A stretch of DNA of 64,000 bases. It comes from an uncultured bacterium. GTDB lineage: Bacteria > Zixibacteria > MSB-5A5 > CAIYYT01. The DNA lies in assembly GCA_963726455.1 (NCBI GenBank), contig CAVSCK010000005.1:416001-480000 (forward strand). The letters are read 5' to 3'. The translations under genes and the position numbers were made by a program. The notes below the pieces were generated by a model that saw nothing but the letters and a program-made list of their open reading frames with translations, made no database searches and was not told the DNA's origin. This document shows positions 42,547 through 54,611 of this stretch, one piece after another (within the stretch, counting starts at the first letter, position 1; each line of letters starts with the position of its first letter).

Positions 42547-44883
42547 ATGATCTACGAATACGGCACAGAACAGATCGATATCCGCGAATCGCTGCCGGTG
42601 TTGCCTGTCCGCGACACCGTGATCTTTCCGTTCATGGTGTCGCCGATGATTGTCGGCAGGCAGTTTTCGATTGATGCGCTTCAGGAAGCGATGATCCGCG
42701 ACAAGCAGATTCTCCTGCTCGCCCAGAAAGACAAGACTGTCGAGACGCCGGGCGGCAATGATCTTTACGATTTCGGCACGGTAGCGCGCATCCTGCAGGT
42801 AATGAAACTCAACAACGGCACCATGAAAGTTCTGGTCGAAGGTCTGAGCCGCGCGAAGGTGCTGCGCCTCAACAAGAACGACGGCTATCTGGCTGCGACC
42901 TTGCGTCTTCAGGTAGATGAGCTCGGAGTTGAGAAGGTACACCTCGAAGCGCTTTCCCGCACCACGCATCGTCGCTTCGCCGATTATGTGGCACTGAACC
43001 GCCGCATTCCCGATGAGGTGATCGCCAACACCAACGATATCGCCAGCGCCAGCCAACTGGCCGACGTGATCGCCGCGCACCTGCAATTGCCGATGGACAA
43101 GCGGCAGGCGGTGCTGGAATCGGTGTCGGTATCGAAGCGTCTGCAAATGCTGACCGAGCTGCTGGCCGCGGAGATCGCCATTCTGGAACTCGAACAAAAG
43201 ATCGACAGCACCGTGCGCGACTCCTTAAGCCAGAACCAGCGCGAATATTATCTCCAAAATCAATTGAAAGCCATCAAAGAAGAACTTGGCCAGGCCGACG
43301 AAGAGGCCGACATCGAAGACTATCGCGCGAAAATCGGCGCCATCCCGCTGCCGGCAGAGGCAGCGAAAAGGGCCGCCGAGGAAGTCGACCGGCTGTCCAA
43401 AATGCATTCCTATTCCGCGGAAGCGAACGTCATCCGCACCTATCTTGACTGGCTGTTGGCATTGCCGTGGAACACCTATTCTGAAGATCGCACCGAGTTT
43501 CATCAGGTCGAAAAGATTCTCAATGCCGAGCATTACGGTCTGGAAAAAGCCAAAGCGCGTATTCTTGAACATCTCGCGGTGATCAAGCTATCTAAGAATG
43601 TCAAAGGCCCGATCCTTTGTCTCGTGGGCCCTCCCGGTGTCGGCAAGACTTCACTCGGCAAATCGGTCGCCAATAGTCTCAACCGCAAATTCGCGCGGAT
43701 GTCGCTTGGCGGCATGCGTGACGAGGCGGAAATTCGCGGGCATCGGCGGACATATATCGGCGCCCTGCCCGGTCGCATTGTGCAGATGCTCAAGAAGACC
43801 AAGACTGCCAATCCAGTGTTCCTGTTGGACGAAGTCGATAAGATCGGCTCCGACTTTCACGGTGATCCCGCGTCGGCATTGCTTGAGGTGCTCGATCCGG
43901 AACAGAATTCCACCTTTCAGGATCACTACCTGGAATGCGAGTTCGACCTTTCGAAGATTCTCTTTATTACCACGGCAAATACAACCGCCGGAATTCCGTT
44001 GCCGCTGTTGGATCGAATGGAGATGATCGAACTTCCCGGCTATCTCGAATACGAGAAGGTCAAAATTGCCGAGCAGTTCCTGATCCCCAAGCAGAAACTC
44101 GAATGCGGCTTGGTCGAATATCGCATTGATCTGCCGACGCCTGTTGTTCAGGCGATCATTCGCGATTACACGCGTGAATCCGGTGTGCGCGAACTGGAAC
44201 GCAAGATCGGAACCATCTTCCGCCAGATCGCTCAACGAATCGCCCGCGGTGACAAGAAGAAGCGTTTTGCAGTTAGTGCTGCCGATCTTAAGACCTATCT
44301 CGGCGCGCGCAAATATCATGAACTGGAAGCCGGCAAAGCACTGCCCGGACGCGCGATCGGTCTGGCCTGGACGCGTGCGGGTGGTGAGATTCTGCCCGTT
44401 GAAGTCGCCTTGACCGAAGGCACCGGCCGCGTGACTTTGACCGGCAAGCTGGGCGAGGTTATGCAGGAATCGGCGCGGGCTGCGTTGACATATCTGAAAT
44501 TCGACGCCAAGCGCCTGAAAATTGCTCCCGACAAATTCAAGAATCTTGATGTGCACCTGCATTTTCCCGAAGGCGCGGTACCAAAAGATGGCCCTTCGGC
44601 GGGAATAACTATGCTCGTGGCTCTGGCATCCGCGTATCTGAGAAAGGCGCCTGCCGGTGATCTCGCCTACTCGGGGGAAATAACCCTTTCCGGTGAAGTG
44701 CTTCCTGTGGGCGGACTTAATGCCAAACTAATTGCCGCGGTTCGCGCCGGAATTAAGACAGTCGTTGTGCCGCATAGCAATAGGCCGGATATCGACGATT
44801 TGCCCAGGGAACTGACTTCCCAACTCAAAATCATTTTTGCTAAACGGGCCCCGGAAGTTTTAAAGCTTGCCTTTCCGAAGTAG
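42547..44883 (+). CDS. lon: Lon protease
   Basis: LON N-domain, GPPGVGKTS, GHRRTYIGA, PKDGPSAG (catalytic Ser), GGLNAK (catalytic Lys). Confidence 0.97.
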   Translation: MIYEYGTEQIDIRESLPVLPVRDTVIFPFMVSPMIVGRQFSIDALQEAMIRDKQILLLAQKDKTVETPGGNDLYDFGTVARILQVMKLNNGTMKVLVEGLSRAKVLRLNKNDGYLAATLRLQVDELGVEKVHLEALSRTTHRRFADYVALNRRIPDEVIANTNDIASASQLADVIAAHLQLPMDKRQAVLESVSVSKRLQMLTELLAAEIAILELEQKIDSTVRDSLSQNQREYYLQNQLKAIKEELGQADEEADIEDYRAKIGAIPLPAEAAKRAAEEVDRLSKMHSYSAEANVIRTYLDWLLALPWNTYSEDRTEFHQVEKILNAEHYGLEKAKARILEHLAVIKLSKNVKGPILCLVGPPGVGKTSLGKSVANSLNRKFARMSLGGMRDEAEIRGHRRTYIGALPGRIVQMLKKTKTANPVFLLDEVDKIGSDFHGDPASALLEVLDPEQNSTFQDHYLECEFDLSKILFITTANTTAGIPLPLLDRMEMIELPGYLEYEKVKIAEQFLIPKQKLECGLVEYRIDLPTPVVQAIIRDYTRESGVRELERKIGTIFRQIAQRIARGDKKKRFAVSAADLKTYLGARKYHELEAGKALPGRAIGLAWTRAGGEILPVEVALTEGTGRVTLTGKLGEVMQESARAALTYLKFDAKRLKIAPDKFKNLDVHLHFPEGAVPKDGPSAGITMLVALASAYLRKAPAGDLAYSGEITLSGEVLPVGGLNAKLIAAVRAGIKTVVVPHSNRPDIDDLPRELTSQLKIIFAKRAPEVLKLAFPK

Positions 44884-44925
44884 TTTTCCTACCTTCAATC
44901 ACCGGTGAAATTGTAAGAGGATTTT

Positions 44926-46809
<1,884 letters not shown>

Positions 46810-46875
46810 GGAACCTGCCCGCCGAATTCTAGCGGTGGCGTAAGCCCTTGGCACGTTATTAGTTTCAGATTTCCG

Positions 46876-46920
46876 TTGACAGATATCCGGCAAATGCTAT
46901 ATTTCGTCAAGTAACGAAAT
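46876..46920 (+). promoter_or_regulatory. Sigma-70 promoter with overlapping inverted repeat (putative ArsR operator 1)
   Basis: TTGACA-16nt-TATATT with extended TG. ATTTCGT-CAAGTA-ACGAAAT at 46901-46920. Confidence 0.7.
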
Positions 46921-47040
46921 GAGGATCAGCCGCGTCTGGCAATGACAAAGTGGCATTTACAGGCGGCAGGTTCGCGGTGAAAGAGCATATTACTTTAGAA
47001 TGACTGTTTCAACTACAAACCCCACCGACGAGGAGTGACT

Positions 47041-47793
47041 ATGTCTGTCGTCAAGATCATGGCAATGTTTATGCTTTTGGTTTTCAGTGCGAGTCAGGCG
47101 ATTGCCGCGACTACTGATGAAATCGCCAAAGCTTCAGAAAAGAAGAAAACTGTATTCTTGCTCGTAACTGATCCGGGCTCACAGGGTATCGAACAAGCCA
47201 GAGAGTTGATTAAATCCGCCTGCAAGCAAGTCAAGAATTCGACGATGATTGAATTCGACCGCTCGAACCAGGCAAACGCGGCTCTCGTAGGACAATATCG
47301 TCTCGCCGGTGCGCCGCTGCCTTTGATCCTGCTGCTGGCGCGCAATGGCGCCGTGGCCGGTGGTGTTCCAGCCGGACAAGCCACTGCGGAACAGTTGGCC
47401 AAGATGGTTCCCACCGACAGTAAAGCTGAAGTCCTCAAAGCCGTCCAGTCCGGGCAGTCGGTATTGGTGACCGCCACCAGCAAACGCATGCCCAAAGAAA
47501 GCAAAGCTTCCAGCGCCTGTGCCGCCGCCTGCAGCCAAATGCAGGGCAAGTGCTCCTCGGTTAGTCTTGATCTTGATGACGAAGACGAACTGCCGTTCCT
47601 GACCGAGTTGAAAATCAACCCACAGGCAACGGAACCGGTAACCGTCGTAATCAACGCCCAGGGCCAGGTGACCGGATCATTTCTGGGCGCCGTCCAGGTC
47701 GGTAGTCTGGTACAGGCCGCGACCAAGAAGATTGGCGGCTGTTGCCCCGGCGGCAGCAGTAGCAGCAGCGGCTGTGCTCCGGCCAAGAAGTAG
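47041..47793 (+). CDS. Secreted Cys-rich hypothetical protein (possibly two thioredoxin-like folds)
   Basis: Signal peptide, CAAAC....C, C-terminal GGCCPG..GC. First gene of the ars island. Confidence 0.75.
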   Translation: MSVVKIMAMFMLLVFSASQAIAATTDEIAKASEKKKTVFLLVTDPGSQGIEQARELIKSACKQVKNSTMIEFDRSNQANAALVGQYRLAGAPLPLILLLARNGAVAGGVPAGQATAEQLAKMVPTDSKAEVLKAVQSGQSVLVTATSKRMPKESKASSACAAACSQMQGKCSSVSLDLDDEDELPFLTELKINPQATEPVTVVINAQGQVTGSFLGAVQVGSLVQAATKKIGGCCPGGSSSSSGCAPAKK

Positions 47794-47803
47794 CGTGCGA
47801 TAA

Positions 47804-49033
47804 TTGAATACGAAATTCAGTTTCACTACCCTGATCTGGCGTGAACTCTGGCAACGCAAGTCGCGCCTCATTTCGGGATTGCTCACTATCACGCTCGGCA
47901 TCGCGGTCATTGTTGGCATCGAATCCGTAACCAGTGTATCCCGCGAGGTTGTTGCGAAGAAGCTCGATCTGCTGGGCGCCAACATCCTCGTATTGCCCCA
48001 GGCAGCGTCCGTCGACGACTATTATTCAGCAGACATCGACGCTCCGACTTTCCCCGAAGAATATGTCGAGCGCATTGCGACCTCGATGCTTCCCGGTGTT
48101 GACAATCTTTCGCCCAAGCTCAGTCGCCGCATCAAAGTCTCCGGCTATCCTGTCGTACTGACCGGCATACTTCCTCAAAGCGAGTTGGCCTCGAAGCCGA
48201 TTTGGCAGTCATCGGGGTTGATGGCTGCCGAGCTGCAGGTGGCCTGCGCCACCTCGAGCAATCCTGCCGACACGACACGGCTTGACCCGAGTCTCAAACG
48301 GGCAACTGTCGATTCTCTATCTGCATCGGAAGTCTGGATCGGCAGCACGGTCGCCGAACGGCTTAAGCTCTCGACCGGCTCCAGCGTGCAATTGGAGGGA
48401 AAGCCGTTCACAGTGGTACATGTGCTGCCGGAGAACGGTACCGTCGATGATAACCGCATCTTCGCGCACCTCCACAGCGTGCAACAACTATTGGGAACAG
48501 GCGAACAAACCAGCGCCATCGAGATCATGGGGTGCTGCAGCGCCATTTCCGATGGGCTGCTCGGCAAGCTGAGAAACATTCTGCCGGACACGAAAATCAC
48601 GACCATCAACAATATCGTTAACACCCAGATCGAGACCAACAAGCTCATGCTCAAAGTCTCGCTGATTCTGCTGGTGATCATCGTCATTGTCGGCGGAATC
48701 GCAATCGGCAATTACATGTGGGCGAACGTCGAGGAAAGGCGCAAGGAAATCGGCACTTTGATAACAATCGGATTCACGCGCGCGCGAATCTATCGACTGT
48801 TTCTTGCCAAGTCCCTGATCCTTGGATTCGTCGGCGGAGTTCTTGGTTTTGCGCTCGGCACGCTGGCCGCCGTGATATTAGGCCCGCAACTGGCCGGCCT
48901 GCAAATCCGTCCTGTACCGATCTACTTGTTCTGGTCACTGATTGTGGCCATAGCTATCGCGATCGCAGGCAGTTGGTATCCGGTCTATCGCGCCGCACGG
49001 CTTGACCCGGCGCTGATCATGCAGGAAATCTGA
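47804..49033 (+). CDS. ABC transporter permease (MacB/FtsX-like)
   Basis: TM1, LGANILVLP periplasmic domain, VEERRKEIGTL..IG, three C-terminal TMs. Confidence 0.9.
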   Translation: MNTKFSFTTLIWRELWQRKSRLISGLLTITLGIAVIVGIESVTSVSREVVAKKLDLLGANILVLPQAASVDDYYSADIDAPTFPEEYVERIATSMLPGVDNLSPKLSRRIKVSGYPVVLTGILPQSELASKPIWQSSGLMAAELQVACATSSNPADTTRLDPSLKRATVDSLSASEVWIGSTVAERLKLSTGSSVQLEGKPFTVVHVLPENGTVDDNRIFAHLHSVQQLLGTGEQTSAIEIMGCCSAISDGLLGKLRNILPDTKITTINNIVNTQIETNKLMLKVSLILLVIIVIVGGIAIGNYMWANVEERRKEIGTLITIGFTRARIYRLFLAKSLILGFVGGVLGFALGTLAAVILGPQLAGLQIRPVPIYLFWSLIVAIAIAIAGSWYPVYRAARLDPALIMQEI

Positions 49034-49035
49034 CC

Positions 49036-49701
49036 ATGTATAAACTCGACAAGCTCACCAAGATCTATGCGCGCCGCGACGCCGAAGTCTGTGCTCTCGA
49101 CGGGGTCACTCTTCAAATCCAGCCGGGCAGTTTCGTGGTCGTGACCGGTGGTTCGGGCTCGGGGAAAACGACATTGCTGCTCACATTGGGTGGCATCATT
49201 CATCCCACCTCCGGATCGCTTCTGATCAAAGGCCAAGACTTGTACGGCTACTCCGCGAATGAATTGGCGGACTACCGGAACCGCACCATCGGATTTGTCC
49301 TGCAAACATTCAATCTCGTTCCCTATTTGACGGTGCTCGAAAACGTGATGGTGCCCATGCTGTTGAGCACTCGTAATGGAGACGGACGTGAATCGCGGGC
49401 TGCCAAATTGCTGGCACAGGTCGGTCTTGACAATCGACAGCAATTTCTGCCGCGCGAATTGTCGGTCGGACAGCAGCAGCGCGTGGCAATCGCCCGGGCA
49501 CTGGCGAACGACCCCGAGGTCATCCTCGCTGACGAGCCGACCGGCAATCTTGATCCCACTCTGTCTGGCGAAATTCTGACCATTCTGAAGGATTTAAATC
49601 TGCGGGAAAAACGTACGATCATCATGGTGACACATAGCCCTCAGGCCGCAGAGTTTGGTACCGCGCGCTTCCACCTTGACAATGGGAAGTTGGCCGCGTG
49701 A
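49036..49701 (+). CDS. ABC transporter ATP-binding protein (LolD-like)
   Basis: GGSGSGKT, LSVGQQQRVAIARAL, ADEPTGNLD and VTH motifs. Confidence 0.93.
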   Translation: MYKLDKLTKIYARRDAEVCALDGVTLQIQPGSFVVVTGGSGSGKTTLLLTLGGIIHPTSGSLLIKGQDLYGYSANELADYRNRTIGFVLQTFNLVPYLTVLENVMVPMLLSTRNGDGRESRAAKLLAQVGLDNRQQFLPRELSVGQQQRVAIARALANDPEVILADEPTGNLDPTLSGEILTILKDLNLREKRTIIMVTHSPQAAEFGTARFHLDNGKLAA

Positions 49702-50108
49702 AATCTGCGTACGTATCTCCCGGTATTGCGACTGAATCGAAGCGTACTGGTAATCGCCTGCGTCACGTTCTGGAAGTCCACAAAGCCCTATCCGACTCTA
49801 ATCGCCTGCGAGCGTTGCTGGCCTTGAAAGGGCGCGAACTCTGCGTCTGTCAGATCACCGAATTGCTGCAGCTCGCTCCCTCGACCGTGTCCAAACACCT
49901 TTCCATTCTCAAACAGGCGCGGCTGGTCGAAATGCGAAAGGTTGGCCGCTGGATCTACTATCGCCTGACTGAACCCGACTCTGCTTCCGCCGAATTAATC
50001 CGCTTTCTGGAAACGTCTCTTGCCGACGATCGACAAATCAGGGATGATCGCAAACGTTTGAAGGATATTCTCAAGATCGACCCGGACACTCTATGCCGTC
50101 GGATGTGA
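49698..50108 (+). CDS. arsR: ArsR/SmtB family repressor
   Basis: KALSDSNRL, ELCVCQI and STVSKHL motifs. Confidence 0.9.
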   Translation: MKSAYVSPGIATESKRTGNRLRHVLEVHKALSDSNRLRALLALKGRELCVCQITELLQLAPSTVSKHLSILKQARLVEMRKVGRWIYYRLTEPDSASAELIRFLETSLADDRQIRDDRKRLKDILKIDPDTLCRRM

Positions 50109-50548
50109 ATAAGAAGCGCATTCTATTTCTATGTACTGGCAACTCCTGCCGCAGCCAGATGGCAGAGGGCTGGTTGCGCCATTTGTACGGCGATCAATTC
50201 GAAGCATTTTCCGCCGGTGTGGATATCAAACCGGTTGACCCACTCGCTGTCAAAGCCATGGCTGAGGCCGGCGTGGACATATCAAAGCAACAAGCCAAAC
50301 ACGTTCGCGATCTGCTGAAAATTCCCTTCGACCTGGTTGTCACCGTCTGTGATCAAGCGCGCGAGCAATGCCCAACTTTTCCCGGTAACATTAGAATGAT
50401 TCACATGAGTTTCGACGATCCGCCGTTCCTGGCGCGTGACACAAGATCGGAACCGGAAGCACTCAGCCACTATCGCCGCGTGAGGGACGAGATCAGAATG
50501 TTTGTTATCGAACTGCCAGGATTAGTGAACGAAGGAGTGAATTCGTGA
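50105..50548 (+). CDS. arsC: Arsenate reductase (LMW-PTP/thioredoxin type)
   Basis: [26 protein letters not shown] and FDDP motifs. Start could be 50093 instead. Confidence 0.92.
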   Translation: MNKKRILFLCTGNSCRSQMAEGWLRHLYGDQFEAFSAGVDIKPVDPLAVKAMAEAGVDISKQQAKHVRDLLKIPFDLVVTVCDQAREQCPTFPGNIRMIHMSFDDPPFLARDTRSEPEALSHYRRVRDEIRMFVIELPGLVNEGVNS

Positions 50549-51609
50549 CTAAGGGCGCAGGTATATCTCAAAGACTCTCCTTTCTCGATCGTTTCCTGAC
50601 CTTGTGGATCTTTCTCGGGATGGGTGTCGGAGTCGGTATCGGCTATGTTTTCCCCGCAGTCGAATCGGTGATCAATCGCTTTCAGATAGGCACCACCAAC
50701 ATTCTCATCGCCATCGGACTGATTCTCATGATGTACCCGCCTTTGGCTAAGGTCCGCTACGAGGAGATGGGCGACGTCTTTCGCAATTGGCGCGTCCTGG
50801 CGATATCGCTGCTGCAAAACTGGGTCATCGGACCGATCCTGATGTTCGTGCTGGCCATAACATTTCTGAGCGGCTATCCCGATTACATGGTCGGATTGAT
50901 CATGATCGGCCTTGCGCGCTGCATCGCCATGGTGATAGTCTGGAATGATCTCGCCGGTGGCGACAAAGAATACGCTGCCGGATTGGTTGCGTTCAACAGT
51001 GTGTTTCAGGTGCTCTTCTACAGTTTATACGCATACATCTTCATCACGGTATTGCCCCCGCTGCTTGGACTAAAGGGAAGTATCGTCCAAGTCAGTATGT
51101 CCCAGATCGCCAAGAGCGTCTTCGTCTACCTCGGCATTCCCTTCATTGCCGGCATCATAACGAGATTCGCTTTGATCAAGGCCAAAGGCAAGGACTGGTA
51201 TCACAAGTCGTTCATTCCACTTATCAGCCCGATTACTCTGATCTCCCTGCTATTTACGATTCTGGTCATGTTCAGTCTCAAGGGGAACATGATCGTGCAG
51301 ATACCGTTGGATGTGCTGCGAATCGCCATTCCACTGTTGATCTACTTCGTCGTCATGTTCCTGGTGAGTTTCTGGCTAAGTTACAAAATCGGCGCCGACT
51401 ATCCGCGTGCCGCCACTTTGTCGTTTACAGCCGCAAGCAACAATTTCGAGTTGGCAATTGCCGTTGCCGTCGCGGTATTCGGAATCAACTCAGGCGCGGC
51501 GTTTGCGGCGGTTATCGGACCCCTGGTCGAAGTGCCGGTATTGATCAGTCTGGTAAACGTGTCGCTCTATTTCCGCAAACGTTATTTCGTGCCACAGGCA
51601 GCCAGGTAG
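50545..51609 (+). CDS. acr3: ACR3 family arsenite efflux transporter
   Basis: [39 protein letters not shown] and GPLVEVP motifs. Confidence 0.96.
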   Translation: MTKGAGISQRLSFLDRFLTLWIFLGMGVGVGIGYVFPAVESVINRFQIGTTNILIAIGLILMMYPPLAKVRYEEMGDVFRNWRVLAISLLQNWVIGPILMFVLAITFLSGYPDYMVGLIMIGLARCIAMVIVWNDLAGGDKEYAAGLVAFNSVFQVLFYSLYAYIFITVLPPLLGLKGSIVQVSMSQIAKSVFVYLGIPFIAGIITRFALIKAKGKDWYHKSFIPLISPITLISLLFTILVMFSLKGNMIVQIPLDVLRIAIPLLIYFVVMFLVSFWLSYKIGADYPRAATLSFTAASNNFELAIAVAVAVFGINSGAAFAAVIGPLVEVPVLISLVNVSLYFRKRYFVPQAAR

Positions 51610-51631
51610 CATCAGAGAAAGGCGCCGCCAA

Positions 51632-52378
51632 TTGAAGTTCGGGACAATCGTAATTGCGACACTGATTGCGCTCAGCGTGCTTTTCGCGACACGATCGACC
51701 GCCGCGGGTCCGCTACTCAAACTGCCTGAAGCTGAATTTGACTTCGGTTATGTGCCGCAGGGGTCCAAGGTGACTCATGTGTTCTGGTTGTACTCGGTCG
51801 GTACCGACACTCTAAAGATTATTCGCGTCAATCCCGGCTGAGGGTGTACTCAGGCGCCGCTTGAAAAGCAGGTGCTTGCTGTCGGTGACAGCACTAAACT
51901 CGAAATCATTTTCAGCGCCGGCAACAAACCGGGAATCGTCACCAAAGGGCCGGTCATTACGACCAACGAAGGACTGCCCGACAAGCGCGTAGTCATCAAG
52001 ACCAATATCGAAGCCAACCCTGACTCGACCTTTCCCATCGTAATCACGCCGCCGAAGCTGGAATTCAAGCAGATGGGGGACTCAATGCCTGAAGAATTGG
52101 ATTTTACCCTGAGCAATAAGTCTCGAAACACGGTGACGCCGAAACTAGTTAGTTCGTCTTTGCCGACGGCAACCGTGATTCTGCCCGGTGCGATACCTCC
52201 GGGCAAATCGGCGACGGGCACGATCAGAATCCCGAAAGCCGGGCCCCGGGCCGGTCAGGAAAAATCGATTACGATAGTACTCGACGACTCCGACAAAACC
52301 CGCTTTACGATTCCTGTGAAAATCACTTTTGCCGGGAAGATTATACCTCCCGGAAAACGGTTTGGTGAGGGTTACTGA
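51632..52378 (+). CDS. DUF1573-domain secreted protein, probable selenoprotein (UGA at 51839-51841)
   Basis: FDFG.V..G....H.F...G...LKI..V.PG-[TGA]-GCT continues in frame into the 51872 ORF. A hairpin lies immediately downstream of the TGA. Confidence 0.8.
51851..51878 (+). other. Putative bacterial SECIS element
   Basis: CAGGCGCC-GCT-TGAAA-AGC-A-GGTGCTTG hairpin starting 9 nt after the UGA. The loop G is 22 nt downstream of the UGA. Confidence 0.6.
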
Positions 52379-52434
52379 CGGCTGATCTGGCAAGCGTCGG
52401 TCCAAATTGCGGTTACAGATTCTAAATCTTCCAT

Positions 52435-52471
52435 TTGACTTGTTCGACTATTTGCCTATATTGCCAAATAG
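52435..52471 (+). promoter_or_regulatory. Sigma-70 promoter with overlapping inverted repeat (putative ArsR operator 2)
   Basis: TTGACT-16nt-TATATT. CTATTTG-10nt-CAAATAG spans the -10 element. Confidence 0.7.
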
Positions 52472-52496
52472 GAATACAACCCCGAGGGTAATTTTA

Positions 52497-52817
52497 ATGG
52501 ATGCAAAGACCAAAGCCCGTTTCGAATCCAAAGCCAGAATCATCAAAGCGATGGCTCACCCGACCCGGCTGTTCATCGTTGACGAGCTGTCCAAGAAGAG
52601 CCGCTGTGTTTGTGAGTTGACGGAAATGATCGGCGCCGATACTTCCACTACGTCCAAACACTTGTCCATTCTAAGAGCCGCGGGTATTGTCCAGGACGAA
52701 AAACGCGGCTTGCAGGTTTGGTATACTCTCAAGGTGCCCTGCATCCTGAAGTTCTTCGGCTGCGTGGAACAGGTGCAGAAATTGTCCGCGAAAGAACAAT
52801 TGGCCGCACTCGATTAA
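52497..52817 (+). CDS. Second ArsR family repressor
   Basis: KAMAHPTRL, RCVCEL, STTSKHL and PCILKFFGC motifs. Confidence 0.9.
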   Translation: MDAKTKARFESKARIIKAMAHPTRLFIVDELSKKSRCVCELTEMIGADTSTTSKHLSILRAAGIVQDEKRGLQVWYTLKVPCILKFFGCVEQVQKLSAKEQLAALD

Positions 52818-52871
52818 TGGTGATGCTTTGAGATATCTGAGTGAATGTTCGGCCGCACGGGGACACGCCTA

Positions 52872-53819
52872 ATGTTGCAGCAATTTGCTGACTATCTCGT
52901 ATTCACGCTGCTTGGACTTGATCCCAGTACACGGGTGGCTCTTGCGCTCGACTTCTTCATCTACGACACCATCAAGATATTCCTGTTACTGGCAACCATC
53001 ATCTTCTGCGTGGCCGTTATCCGATCCTATTTCTCGCCCGAAAAGACACGGCGCTTCCTGTCGCACGGCAGAGAGTACCTGGGAAACATACTGGCTGCAC
53101 TCCTTGGCATTGTGACTCCGTTCTGCTCTTGTTCGGCCGTGCCACTTTTCATCGGCTTTGTCGAATCAGGAATCCCGCTTGGAGTGACTTTCTCGTTTCT
53201 CGTGTCGTCACCGATGGTCAATGAAGTGGCGTTGATAATGCTGTGGGGACTATTCGGCTGGAAGATAGCCCTGATCTACATCGGTACGGGCGTCGCCGTC
53301 GCCATTGTCTCAGGCATCGTGATCGGCCGACTGCGGATGGAACGCTTTGTTCAGGACTACGTCTACTCGCTGAAGATCGGTGAGAGCGCAATCGCGGAGC
53401 AAACCTTCCGCGACAGATTGGTGTATGCCCGCAGCTACACCGCCACATTGCTCAAGAAGATTTGGCCCTATATCTTAATCGGCGTCGGCATCGGCGGGTT
53501 CATCCACGGATATGTGCCTGACGGATTTCTTCTGAAATACGCCGGTCCCGAAAATCCTTTTGCTGTTCCGATAGCCGTGGCAATAGGAGTGCCGTTGTAC
53601 AGCAACGCTGCAGGTGTCATACCTATCGTGCAAGCGCTGATGGGCAAAGGAATGGCTGCCGGAACCGTGCTGGCCTTCATGATGGCGGTGACGGCCCTAT
53701 CACTGCCGGAGGCAATAATACTGAAAAATGTGCTCAAGATGCGGTTACTCATAACCTTCTTCGGCATTGTCGCCGTCGCCATTACCTTGACAGGATACTT
53801 GTTCAACGCCATCCTATGA
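52872..53819 (+). CDS. ArsP/DUF318 family permease
   Basis: TPFCSCSAVP, SSPMVNE, GVPLYSN and ALSLPE motifs. Confidence 0.9.
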   Translation: MLQQFADYLVFTLLGLDPSTRVALALDFFIYDTIKIFLLLATIIFCVAVIRSYFSPEKTRRFLSHGREYLGNILAALLGIVTPFCSCSAVPLFIGFVESGIPLGVTFSFLVSSPMVNEVALIMLWGLFGWKIALIYIGTGVAVAIVSGIVIGRLRMERFVQDYVYSLKIGESAIAEQTFRDRLVYARSYTATLLKKIWPYILIGVGIGGFIHGYVPDGFLLKYAGPENPFAVPIAVAIGVPLYSNAAGVIPIVQALMGKGMAAGTVLAFMMAVTALSLPEAIILKNVLKMRLLITFFGIVAVAITLTGYLFNAIL

Positions 53820-53847
53820 TATCAGGATTGACGAAGAGGAGAACGAT

Positions 53848-54081
53848 ATGAAGATTGAAGTGCTGGGAACCGGCTGTTCGCGCTGCAAAAAACTGCACGA
53901 AAACGCCATGCAGGCGGTGATCGCCGCCGACATTGACGCCGACGTCGTCAAGGTTGAGGATATGAAAGAAATCCTGCGCTACGGCGTCATGGCGACACCG
54001 GCTCTGGTAATTGATGGTGTCGTCAAAAGCACAGGAGCCGTCCCTTCGCCCGCAGAGATTCGCAAGCTGCTGGGCAAGTAG
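53848..54081 (+). CDS. MTH895/ArsE-family small thioredoxin-like protein
   Basis: MKIEVLGTGCSRC and YGVMATPALVIDG motifs. Confidence 0.9.
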   Translation: MKIEVLGTGCSRCKKLHENAMQAVIAADIDADVVKVEDMKEILRYGVMATPALVIDGVVKSTGAVPSPAEIRKLLGK

Positions 54082-54149
54082 GTGAATGCTATAGTTTCCT
54101 GAGGTCGAAACGAATTGAAATCTGATAACGTTGTGAATTGCAGGTAATC

Positions 54150-54611
54150 ATGAACCCTAAGAAATTAGCCACAATCTTGCTCGGCATCTTTGTGCTGGCT
54201 AGCTTCGTCGGCCTCACGCTCAAGGAATTCTCGGGCGAGAAGGCCGCGTCGCAAACCACTCAGATCAAGGGCACCAAGGTAGTCGCATACTATTTCCACG
54301 GCGCCAAACGCTGCCCAACTTGTATGAAGATCGAGCGCTTTTCCCGCACCGCCGTTGATTCGTTCTTCACTCCGGCGATCAAATCGGGCGATCTCGAATT
54401 TATCACGCTGAATTACGACGAGCCGCAGTACGAGCACTACTGGACCGACTTCAAACTCACGGCGCAGTCGCTTGTGCTCGTCCGCTTTACCGACGGCAAA
54501 CAAGAGAGTTGGGAAAACCTGACACAGATCTGGGATTTGGTCGGTGACGAAGCGCAGTTCTATTCTTACGTCCAGGAGGGTATCGGACGCTTTCTGAAAG
54601 AACTGCCTTGA
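54150..54611 (+). CDS. ArsF-like thioredoxin-fold protein
   Basis: Membrane anchor and YYFHGAKRCPTC..IE. Lies between the ArsE-like and ArsG-like genes. Confidence 0.8.
   Translation: MNPKKLATILLGIFVLASFVGLTLKEFSGEKAASQTTQIKGTKVVAYYFHGAKRCPTCMKIERFSRTAVDSFFTPAIKSGDLEFITLNYDEPQYEHYWTDFKLTAQSLVLVRFTDGKQESWENLTQIWDLVGDEAQFYSYVQEGIGRFLKELP

Noticed and set aside
46848-46863. TTGGCACG as a sigma-54 promoter
   Set aside because: The -12 element reads TAGT rather than TTGC, and a good sigma-70 promoter lies just downstream.
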